Below, piece by piece: positions 30,628 to 39,571 of a stretch of 64,000 nt of DNA; position 1 is the stretch's first letter; every line of letters begins with the position of its first letter. The notes under the pieces were generated by a model. That model had not been told where the DNA came from, made no database searches, and saw only the letters and a program-made list of their open reading frames with translations. Source of the stretch: an uncultured delta proteobacterium (GTDB taxonomy: Bacteria > Desulfobacterota > WTBG01 > CAIYCZ01 > CAIRTM01). Both the position numbers and the translations under genes were made by a program. The stretch lies in assembly GCA_963804955.1 (NCBI GenBank), contig CAWDSQ010000013.1:64001-128000 (forward strand), written 5' to 3'.

Positions 30628-30766
30628 GGCGGACCTCTACTAATAATTTTTTTTAATGCAGGTGTTCAGCACGACACAGCCCGGAGACTCATCAGCAGCC
30701 GGCCTGCACTCTGGCAGTAAACAGGCCTGAATCATGCATGTTTACTTCAGTATATGTACCTTGCTG

Positions 30767-31813
30767 TTATATATAACTCAATACTGTTTGAGCTATTTTG
30801 TCAAGCGGAACAAAGCTTTCAGCACCGCCCCGGTCATAGGCGCTCTTGGGCATGCCGAATACAATGCAGCTCTTCTCATCCTGTGCGATGGTGCGGGCGC
30901 CCGCTTGTCGCATGGCAAACATGCCATCGGCTCCGTCGCGGCCCATGCCGGTGAGCATGACCCCGACCGCATTTGCACCCGCATGCTCGGCTACCGACAG
31001 CATCATAACGTCTACCGAGGGGCAATGGCCGTTTATTCTTTCTCCGGCCATGCAATCGACATAGTAAAAGCCTCCTGTTCGCCTCACGGTAAGGTGATAG
31101 TCGCCAGGGGCTATAAGAATTCTGCCGGGCATAATCCTGTCGCCGCTCTCAGCTTCCTTCACCTCCATGAGGCACTGCGTATTCAAGCGCTCGGCAAATG
31201 CCCGGGTAAACCCTGCCGGCATGTGCTGAACAATAACTACACCCGGTGCTATGGCGGGAAAGCGCTCGATCACCATCCGTATCGCCTCTGTGCCGCCAGT
31301 GGAAGCGCCGATAGCAATAACCTTATCGGTTGACTCGGCAAGAGATTTTCTCATATCGATGATCTGCGGCTTTTCATCAAGGCGTTTTACTTTCCAGTGG
31401 CTCACATTGGCTGTGGATGCTATCTTCACCTTGGTCCGCAGTTCCATCATCATATCGCCCAGGCCCCTGGCTATATTCGCAGACGGCTTCGGAACAACAT
31501 CAACGGCTCCGGCCTCAAGGGCTTCAATGGTGATCTGTTTGCCCTTCTGCGTCAGCGCGCTGACCATGACGACAGGCAGCGGGTACTGGGGCATAAAACG
31601 TCTCAAAAAATCAACTCCGTCCATCCTGGGCATTTCCACATCAAGGGTAAGCACGTCCGGACGGTGCTTGATAATCATATCGCGGGCGACATACGGATCG
31701 GATGCAGCGCCGACGACTTCGATGCCGGGATCCTGCGATAGTCCCTGAGAAAGGATGTTACGGACAAGGGCCGAATCATCAACGACAAGGACACGTATTT
31801 TTTTTTTGATCAT
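30767..31813 (-). CDS. cheB: Chemotaxis methylesterase
   Basis: REC domain plus GASTGG, VQHMP, PSVD, LTGMGRDG, VFGMP. Confidence 0.96.
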   Translation of the reverse strand: MIKKKIRVLVVDDSALVRNILSQGLSQDPGIEVVGAASDPYVARDMIIKHRPDVLTLDVEMPRMDGVDFLRRFMPQYPLPVVMVSALTQKGKQITIEALEAGAVDVVPKPSANIARGLGDMMMELRTKVKIASTANVSHWKVKRLDEKPQIIDMRKSLAESTDKVIAIGASTGGTEAIRMVIERFPAIAPGVVIVQHMPAGFTRAFAERLNTQCLMEVKEAESGDRIMPGRILIAPGDYHLTVRRTGGFYYVDCMAGERINGHCPSVDVMMLSVAEHAGANAVGVMLTGMGRDGADGMFAMRQAGARTIAQDEKSCIVFGMPKSAYDRGGAESFVPLDKIAQTVLSYI

Positions 31814-31869
31814 CTCCGCCCCGTCAATTAAACCTCTACCGTACTGCTCTCAGGTATGTAACAAGCCTC

Positions 31870-32761
31870 TCACTGCCCGCGCTTCCGGTAGACCGCGGGC
31901 ATGATATATTCAAACAAGCTCTGCTCCCTGCCCAGTGATTCCGAATGCCCGATAAAGAAAAATCCGCCGGGCGCCAAACTGGCATGAAATCTTTCGATAA
32001 GTCCGGCGCGCGTCGCCTGGTCGAAATAGATCATGACATTTCTGCAAAATATGACGTGAAACAACTTTTTAAAGGGAAAGGTCTTGTTCATAAAGTTAAA
32101 GCGGCGAAATGTGACCTCTTTTTTTATTGCAGCAGACACTTCCCATGTGTCATCCTGTTTTTTTTTGAAATACTGTCGAGCATACGCAGGAGTGTTTCTG
32201 ACATTTTCATGAGGATATATCCCGGCAGCAGCCTTAGTTGAGTGCTTTTGTCGATATATCGGTAGCCAGCACACCGGCATCCCACAGGTTATACTCCGCA
32301 CGAAAATATTCCATCATCTCTATGACAATCGTATACGCTTCCTCGCCGGACGAGCACCCGGCGCACCACACCCTGAAATCCCTTCTCTGCTCACGCTGGA
32401 GCCGTGCTTTCATTTCAGGCAGAACCGTATCTCTAAAATAGACAAAATGTGCCCCTTCACGGTAAAAAAAAGTGTGGTTGGTTGAAATCTGGTTTATGAG
32501 CGCGTCCAGGGCCGATCCGCTTTTATCCTGAACGATGTACTCATAAAATTGCATGAATGAATCAAATCCAAGCTGACGAAGCGTTTTTTGAAGCCGGCCC
32601 ACGACAAGTGCTCGTTTGGCGTCGGTCAGATTAATGCCGAAACGATCATACACCAGTGAGCGGATCAGATTGAATTCTTCATCAGTCAGCTGCATCATCC
32701 TGAATCCAAAATCCTCAGGAATACTGATTGCGGGCAGCTGCATTTTTGACTTCAACGACAT
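31870..32761 (-). CDS. cheR: Chemotaxis methyltransferase (indel near 32236)
   Basis: TNHTFFYRE, WCAGCSSGEE, ATDIS, then IFCRNVMIYF, GHSES. Confidence 0.95.
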
Positions 32762-32884
32762 ACTAAAAGGATTTCCTATTTCAGGTTTGAGAAGAACTGT
32801 TTAGTTGTTATTCTCTTTTATATGTATCACGAAGCAGTAGTACTTGCCAAACCTCCTGCCGTCAGGATGGTAACCTGCTCGAAA

Positions 32885-34756
32885 TTATGCCCCGTAGGTC
32901 GTCCCGCCCCAGGGCACGCCTGTCCTTACTTTTCCTGCGGCTTCAGTTTCTTTCTTCCCTGTTTGCAGCATCCTCTGCCCCTCGCCCTGAACAGGCTGCG
33001 ATGCAAACCTGTCTATCATCACCAACTCGTCAACCTTAAAGGTCGACACCAACCCTTGAAGAGCCTGGGCCTGGCCGGTCAACTCCTGTGCCGCAGACGC
33101 GCTTTGCTCGGCAAGGGACGTGTTCTGCTGCGTCACCTGGTCCACATGACCAAGCCCCTTTGTGATTTGCAGTACTCCCTGCGCCTGCTCATTTGACGCT
33201 GCTGCGATCTCTGCCACAAGATCGGTCACTTTCCCTGCCGCGCCTACTATCTCCTGCAGCGCCTCGGCTGTCCGGCCCGCCATCAAAGTCCCCTCCTCTA
33301 TCTTCTTTACCGCCCCTTCTATCATTCCCTCCGTCTCTTTTGCCGCTTTTGCGCTCCGGGCTGCAAGATTTCTTACCTCTTCGGCTACGACCGCAAATCC
33401 CTTGCCATGCCTGCCTGCACGGGCCGCCTCAACCGCCGCATTCAACGCCAGAAGATTGGTCTGAAAGGCTATCTCATCGATGATTTTTATTATCTTTGAT
33501 ATATTCCTGCTGGCTGCGCTGATTTCATTCATCGCAACAACCATATCCTGCGTCTGCACATCCCCCTTCTCCGCCGACTGCCGCGACTCCCCCGCCAGCC
33601 TGCTCGCCAGCGTTGCATTCTCCGAATTCTGCCGGGTCTGCGAGGCGATCTCATTCATGGAGCTTGATATCTCCTCAAGCGAACTTGCCTGCTCGGTTGC
33701 ACCCTGGCTCATGGCCTGGCTTGACGCGCTCAGCTGTTCGGCTCCAGACAGAACGCTCTGCGCGGATATGTTTATTTCCACTATTATTGATGAAAGCTTT
33801 TCAACCATCCGCTTCAGGGCATGCCCCAGCGTATCCCTGTCCGACAGCGCGGCAACATGCACCGTCAAATCTCCCCCTGCTATCTTTTCTGCTGCCTGGG
33901 CAAGTTCCCGCATGTTGCCCGCCATTTTGTTCATTGCCCCCGCCAGCATCCCGATTTCGTCCTGCTGCTCAACTGCCAGATTGCCAGTTAAATCACCTTC
34001 GGCAACCTGTTTTGTGAAAAAAACCGCTTTATCCAAAGGCCTGGTGACCGCGCGGTTCATGAACCAGTAAAGAGCAAGGGCGCACAGCGACAACACGATA
34101 ATCAATCCATAGACAACCTGTCGAGCCTTAGCTCGCTCTTTTAAGAGGGCTTTCTCAAAAGGCACATAAACATTGATCGTTCCGAGAGTGATGTTTTGCT
34201 TCAGATCGCTGTCCATCCCTTTGCGCAATGACTGGTGGCATGCAGCACATCCCGGGTGAGCCTGGCTGGGCAGCGGCACGGCAACGCGCAGATAGCCGTC
34301 TTGCTCAATTTCCACACGATTCGCGCCCTGCCTGATAGCCTGAGCGGCTTGGCGCTCAAAGGGTGTGTTGATCCCGCTTTTATCTTTATTGCCCAGTGGC
34401 TCTATGCCGAAAATGTCGGCATCGCCGATAAGGCGGACTCGCACCGCATCATTGCCAAAATCCTCCGTCACGGCATCAGCAAGTGCTGATTTCATGCGGC
34501 TCCAGTCTTCTATCCCCAGTTGTGCGTCTATCCTGCCTGCCTCACGCGCTTTTAGAAAATCATCATGAAATTTCCTGGTCGAGACCATGAACATTGCGAT
34601 CGTGCGGTCTATGTGCTTTTGCGCCTCCATCAGAGCTGCATCCTTCACAAGGCCCGTGGTTGTTTGCAGCTGCAAAAATGAGTAGCCCGTTCCGCCCACA
34701 CCGACAACTGCGAAAAGAATGATAATTATTTTTGTCTTCAGCGACCAGTTTTTCAT
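32885..34756 (-). CDS. Methyl-accepting chemotaxis protein with a periplasmic c-type heme sensor (DUF3365-like)
   Basis: Two TM helices flanking CAACH; HAMP domains; [20 protein letters not shown]. Confidence 0.93.
   Translation of the reverse strand: MKNWSLKTKIIIILFAVVGVGGTGYSFLQLQTTTGLVKDAALMEAQKHIDRTIAMFMVSTRKFHDDFLKAREAGRIDAQLGIEDWSRMKSALADAVTEDFGNDAVRVRLIGDADIFGIEPLGNKDKSGINTPFERQAAQAIRQGANRVEIEQDGYLRVAVPLPSQAHPGCAACHQSLRKGMDSDLKQNITLGTINVYVPFEKALLKERAKARQVVYGLIIVLSLCALALYWFMNRAVTRPLDKAVFFTKQVAEGDLTGNLAVEQQDEIGMLAGAMNKMAGNMRELAQAAEKIAGGDLTVHVAALSDRDTLGHALKRMVEKLSSIIVEINISAQSVLSGAEQLSASSQAMSQGATEQASSLEEISSSMNEIASQTRQNSENATLASRLAGESRQSAEKGDVQTQDMVVAMNEISAASRNISKIIKIIDEIAFQTNLLALNAAVEAARAGRHGKGFAVVAEEVRNLAARSAKAAKETEGMIEGAVKKIEEGTLMAGRTAEALQEIVGAAGKVTDLVAEIAAASNEQAQGVLQITKGLGHVDQVTQQNTSLAEQSASAAQELTGQAQALQGLVSTFKVDELVMIDRFASQPVQGEGQRMLQTGKKETEAAGKVRTGVPWGGTTYGA
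33065..33170. repeat. 106-bp direct repeat, copy 1 (inside the heme MCP)
   Basis: Matches 39405-39510 at 105 of 106 positions. Confidence 0.9.
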
Positions 34757-34933
34757 TCATCCTCCGGTAATGCTTTATGAAAATAAGTTTATTTTATGTG
34801 TGTTAAATGGGCTTCAACAAAAAATTGCATCTTTGCAATATGCACTGCGGATATTTCAATACAGGATAATCGTGTATAGAAAACAGGTTTCTGCACTAAA
34901 TAAAGAGTTTAACCTTATTTAAAGGCTGCATTT

Positions 34934-36187
34934 TTAAAATACAAACTCCAGCCTTCCTCCTACGGCAACGGCATTTCGTTTGCCGTCTCCGCCCGGATTG
35001 GTGATGTACTGCACGTCGGGCTGAAGGGCCATCCAGCCAGTTAGCTGTGCCTTATAAAAAAGTTCAATGGCGGTCTCGGTATGGTCGGTAAATCCTGCCT
35101 GGTCGCTGAAATAGATATTGAAAACGCCAAGGCCCATTATATCGTCATCACGTGCCGGTATGGCTCCGGCCCAGCGCAACCCGCCGCCGGCAAAATCCTC
35201 AATCTCAGAGCGGTCTTTGGCTGCCCAGCCGTACTCGGCAAAAACGCCGATCCCCTGGCTGCAGTTTTCTGTGTCGGGGTTCTCCTTCCACAGCAGCTGC
35301 TGCCAGAATCCGTAAAAACCATATGCCTTGCCATGATATTCATGGCTGGAGGGATTATTGTGATAGGCGTCGAACCGCCGTCCGCTCCACCAGGTTCCCA
35401 CATTCACGATACCCGGCAACCCGTCAAGATTGTATTTAAACGATGGCTCAACGATCAGCATAGGCCCCCGAAGATCATCGAGCGTATTGCCGACAGAACG
35501 GCTGCCATCAATTTTACCCTGGTAAATGCCGAAGTTGCAGCTAAACCAGTCTGCAGGCTGCACGCCGATGACTGCGCCCCAATCTTGATTGGGATATGAT
35601 GGTATGGGGATTGTGGGATTGAGGGCTGCAGATGAGTTGATAAACTCCATGGAATACTCGATATAATTGAAATCGTAATTTGCTTCCATCTTGCCGATCT
35701 TGATCCAGAGCTTTTCGTCAAAAAAGGTATGCTTGTACCAGAACTCTGAAACCTGGTTGCGCCTTTCATAACTTGCTATCCATGATAGCCATTGCCAGTC
35801 GCCCGTTTGCGTATTCGAAGGGTTACGTCCCGAAATGTGCTCCAGGCCCAAAAAGAAGGTGCCGTTTTCCCAGAGGCCTGCTTGTGCCGTGTCCAGTTCC
35901 AAATAGAGGCCGAATAGCCGGGGATACTCACCTGAGTTATGAGTATTAATGCCGCCGCGTGTGTTCCAGAACATGTCCTGCAAATAGAGAATCTCAAATG
36001 AAAGTCCATATTTTTCCTCCAGCGTGGAATGCAGGCTCCAGAGATTGTCAGAAAAATGATCGCAGGTGGTAAACTTTTCATGATCCGGCAGGCGAAGCCC
36101 TGATTCACCGGCAAGGGATATTGAACTGAACAAGCACAGTACGGATGTTATCAAAAACATTGGACTTTTTCGCATCATGACTCTCAC
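34934..36187 (-). CDS. OprB-family (carbohydrate-selective) porin
   Basis: Signal peptide; WIKIGK, GVFAEYG, RDDDIMGLG, ETAIELFYK..LQPDVQYITNPGG, terminal F. Confidence 0.9.
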   Translation of the reverse strand: MRVMMRKSPMFLITSVLCLFSSISLAGESGLRLPDHEKFTTCDHFSDNLWSLHSTLEEKYGLSFEILYLQDMFWNTRGGINTHNSGEYPRLFGLYLELDTAQAGLWENGTFFLGLEHISGRNPSNTQTGDWQWLSWIASYERRNQVSEFWYKHTFFDEKLWIKIGKMEANYDFNYIEYSMEFINSSAALNPTIPIPSYPNQDWGAVIGVQPADWFSCNFGIYQGKIDGSRSVGNTLDDLRGPMLIVEPSFKYNLDGLPGIVNVGTWWSGRRFDAYHNNPSSHEYHGKAYGFYGFWQQLLWKENPDTENCSQGIGVFAEYGWAAKDRSEIEDFAGGGLRWAGAIPARDDDIMGLGVFNIYFSDQAGFTDHTETAIELFYKAQLTGWMALQPDVQYITNPGGDGKRNAVAVGGRLEFVF

Positions 36188-36283
36188 TCCTGATTAATAT
36201 GTCTCTGTGGTTCACCAAATGCATCTTCATACTCACCTGACGGCAAATGAAGGACGGTACGAAGCGGGTATGACATTTCAATA

Positions 36284-36805
36284 TCAATATCCGGCAGCCG
36301 ACTGCATGGCCGCCATATCCTCATTGCGCACCAGCCTCTCAACATCCAGAAGTATCTTTACTTCCTCACCAATCTTGCCCAAACCCTTGATATAGCGCTG
36401 CGTGCTGCTCTCGGCAACTTCAGGCGGCAGCTCGATTTGATTCTCGGGAATATCGACAACCTCTTTCACCGTATCCACGACCAGTCCCACAGGCGTTCCG
36501 TTTACGTTCACCACCACGGTGCATGTTCTATCATCATACTCCCGTTCCGGCATCCTGAACCGCAGCCGCACGTCAATAACCGGTATTACCTTGCCCCGAA
36601 GATTAATAACGCCCTTTATATATGGGGGCATATCGGGCACATCGGTTATCTTCTGAATGCCGATAATTTCGGTGACATGAGAGATTTCTATGCCGTAGTC
36701 CTCTGTGCCGACAGTAAACGTGAGGTACTTGTCCTTCTGCGTATCCTCATCGTCATCATCATAAAAATCATCCTCTATTCTTTCCCTGCCTTTTTGCTCT
36801 GCCAT
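36284..36805 (-). CDS. cheW: Chemotaxis coupling protein
   Basis: KYLTF, YGIEI, GVINLRGKVIPV, GLVVD. Confidence 0.96.
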   Translation of the reverse strand: MAEQKGRERIEDDFYDDDDEDTQKDKYLTFTVGTEDYGIEISHVTEIIGIQKITDVPDMPPYIKGVINLRGKVIPVIDVRLRFRMPEREYDDRTCTVVVNVNGTPVGLVVDTVKEVVDIPENQIELPPEVAESSTQRYIKGLGKIGEEVKILLDVERLVRNEDMAAMQSAAGY

Positions 36806-36899
36806 AATGATAATCCCTTCTCTCTAGCACTATTTTCGATTCATCATATGTACTGCCTGGAAAGTACCGGCTATTGCCGGCAGACAACCTGCCGTCTGC

Positions 36900-39131
36900 C
36901 TAGTATTTCCCGAATTCCCGGTCATCAAGATGTATCACCGGCTCGGGCTCATCGATTCCCGCCGTCATGCCTCCCCAGGGTGCTCCCTGCTTTGCATCGC
37001 CGGCAACCATTGCCTCTCCCCTGCCCAGCATCAGCTGACTGTCACCAGCCGACTGCCTTGTCTCAGCCATGCTGTCAGCGGCATGTTCTTCGATTGTAAA
37101 GGTTGCCACCAGCTGCTGCAGCAGCTGCGCCTGGCTCGACAGCTCCTCTGCCGCCGACGCGCTTTCTTCGGCATGGGCGGTATTCTGCTGCGTTACCTGA
37201 TCCACCTGACCAAGTCCCTGCGTTATCTGACTCACGCCCTGCGCCTGCTCATTGGACGCTGCGGCAATCTCACCAACAAGTCCCGTCATTTTCCCCGCCG
37301 CTGCTACAATCTCACTCAGCGCCTCGGCCGTCTTGTCAGCCATCTGCGTCCCGTCACCAACTTTCTTCACCGAGCCTTCGATCAGCTCTGCCGTCTCCCG
37401 GGCTGCCTTGGCGCTGCGGGCTGCCAGATTTCTTACCTCTTCGGCAACCACTGCAAACCCCTTGCCATACTTGCCTGCCCGTGCAGCCTCAACCGCCGCG
37501 TTCAGCGCCAGTAAATTGGTTTGAAAGGCGATTTCATCAATAACCTTGATGATCCTTGAAATGCTCCGGCTCGACTCGTTTATTTCACGCATGGCGACAA
37601 CCATCCGGCTCATCCTCTCATTGCCCCGCTCGGCAAGCATTTTTGCCTCACCCGCCAGCATATTTGCCTGCCTGGCATTCTCCGCTGTATGCCTGGTCTG
37701 CGCGGCTATCTCATTCATCGAGCTTGATATCTCCTCAAGCGAGCTTGCCTGCTCGGTTGCACCCTGGCTCATGGCCTGACTGGTGGAACTCATCTGATGA
37801 GCACCTGCCGCAACATTGTTTGCCGCTGTACTAATTTCAGTCATGGTATAGGCAAGCGTTTCAACCATGGCCTTCATAGAATGCCCGAAAGCGTCTTTAT
37901 CGGAAAGCGGCTCTACGTTTACCGTCAAATCGCCTATGGCTATCTTCCTTGCAACCTCTACAAGCCCCTTCAAATTCTCAACCATCTTTCCCATTGCCTC
38001 GGCAAGCACCCCTATTTCATCGTGCTGGTCAATGTCGACAGTTTTCTCCACGTCGCCTTCCGCCACGGCATTTGCAAGCTCAACGCTTGCACGAATCGGC
38101 CCTGTTATCATACGCGTCAGAAAAAGGCCTATGCCAATCGCCAAAAGCGTTCCCAGGATCATCAAAAATACTTCTGCAGTGACTGTCGCAGATACTTCCT
38201 TCTTCACCCTGCTGCTTATCTTTTTAGCGGCATCATCATTTATTTTGATTAGCCTCTCGATCAATGCATTGACGGCCTCCTGTTTTTCCCGACACTTCTC
38301 CAAAGCCTGAACATTCATATTTTTATACAAATTAACGGCCTTGCCGGCTTCATGTTCCATTTTTTCAAAAACTTCGAAGGTGACGTTCAGCGCGTCCGTC
38401 ATTTCACTGAAATATGCCTTTTCAGCTCCTGCTTTATTCCCTTTTTCGAGCAGCTTTTTTACAGAGCCTATGCGGGTATGGAAAGTTTCATGAAATTGCA
38501 GAATTCGTGTAATCAAATCCTCTAAAACCTTATTTTTACAGGTGCATGATGTAGCCCATTTAGTAAAAGCACAGGCCGCGGGATCATCACCGCCCTCCAG
38601 TGCGACATTATTATAAATCAGCTCCAGCACCTGCCCTGACAGCTTGTAATGATCCTTGCGGAATGCCTGCAATGTGAGCATGAATTCCACAGGATTTCGG
38701 AGATCGGTTGCGTCAAGCTGCCTGGCATAATCAATGAATATCGCATTCTGCTTATTCCACTCATCTACCGCATGCATCAGCTGTTTCAAAAGCATCGCCT
38801 CATCCTCTGTTTTTGGCAGGGGCTCATAGACTTTCCAGGCGGCCTTATAGCGCTCCTGTGCCTGCATGAAATTCTCAAACTGTTGTTTGTGGTCTTTATC
38901 TGACAAAAGAGGATTAAGAAGGGTATACTGTGTTGCCCTGATGTTTTCAAATTCACGATAAATACTGCGCAGGCTGTCAATACTCGGCAGGCGAACATCG
39001 GCAATTTCTTCCGCGCTCCTGCCCAGATTAAGGGCGCCAAGCCAGCCCATCATGCCGACTATAAGTGTTATGAAAGCAACAACAACAAAACCTCCGGTTA
39101 GTTTGATGCCGAGTTTTACATTTTTAAGCAT
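36900..39131 (-). CDS. Methyl-accepting chemotaxis protein with a four-helix-bundle sensor containing a CZB-like insert; C-terminal pentapeptide EFGKY
   Basis: TM1, RLPSID 4HB start, DHYKL..CAFTKW..FHETFH, TM2, HAMP, MA domain. Confidence 0.93.
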   Translation of the reverse strand: MLKNVKLGIKLTGGFVVVAFITLIVGMMGWLGALNLGRSAEEIADVRLPSIDSLRSIYREFENIRATQYTLLNPLLSDKDHKQQFENFMQAQERYKAAWKVYEPLPKTEDEAMLLKQLMHAVDEWNKQNAIFIDYARQLDATDLRNPVEFMLTLQAFRKDHYKLSGQVLELIYNNVALEGGDDPAACAFTKWATSCTCKNKVLEDLITRILQFHETFHTRIGSVKKLLEKGNKAGAEKAYFSEMTDALNVTFEVFEKMEHEAGKAVNLYKNMNVQALEKCREKQEAVNALIERLIKINDDAAKKISSRVKKEVSATVTAEVFLMILGTLLAIGIGLFLTRMITGPIRASVELANAVAEGDVEKTVDIDQHDEIGVLAEAMGKMVENLKGLVEVARKIAIGDLTVNVEPLSDKDAFGHSMKAMVETLAYTMTEISTAANNVAAGAHQMSSTSQAMSQGATEQASSLEEISSSMNEIAAQTRHTAENARQANMLAGEAKMLAERGNERMSRMVVAMREINESSRSISRIIKVIDEIAFQTNLLALNAAVEAARAGKYGKGFAVVAEEVRNLAARSAKAARETAELIEGSVKKVGDGTQMADKTAEALSEIVAAAGKMTGLVGEIAAASNEQAQGVSQITQGLGQVDQVTQQNTAHAEESASAAEELSSQAQLLQQLVATFTIEEHAADSMAETRQSAGDSQLMLGRGEAMVAGDAKQGAPWGGMTAGIDEPEPVIHLDDREFGKY

Positions 39132-39221
39132 GTCATCACCTTGCAAAAAACTGTTAAAAATTTTTTATCCGTTATTACTGCATTATTAAAATAAAGGGCT
39201 GCCTCAAATCCATCGACGTGT

Positions 39222-39510
39222 TTAATATGGCACAGACTCAATCTTTTTTCCCCACGGTATGTGCGGTGCACCTACCGCTTCCTTTACTGCTGTATCGGTA
39301 TTCTGCTGCGCGGGGTTAAGCATCATGCTGTGCTTATTGAAAATTTTACGGTACAGACTTGTATCTTCAAGCACCTTGAATGTTCTGACCAACTCCTTCA
39401 AACACTGGGCCTGGCCGGTCAACTCCTGTGCCGCAGACGCGCTTTGCTCGGCAAGGGACGTGTTCTGCTGCGTCACCTGGCCCACATGACCAAGCCCCTT
39501 TGTGATTTGC
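39222..39510 (-). pseudogene. MCP C-terminal fragment (contains copy 2 of the 106-bp repeat at 39405-39510)
   Basis: [42 protein letters not shown], with no upstream MCP sequence. Confidence 0.75.
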
Positions 39511-39571
39511 TTTGCGCAAGGATACATGACATTCTGCACAACCCTGATGAATCTGGCTGGGCAGAGTATCA

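Noticed and set aside
33065..39510. 106-bp near-identical pair as a DGR template/variable repeat
   Set aside because: Only one mismatch, no reverse transcriptase in the window, and it lies in the conserved MCP signalling domain.
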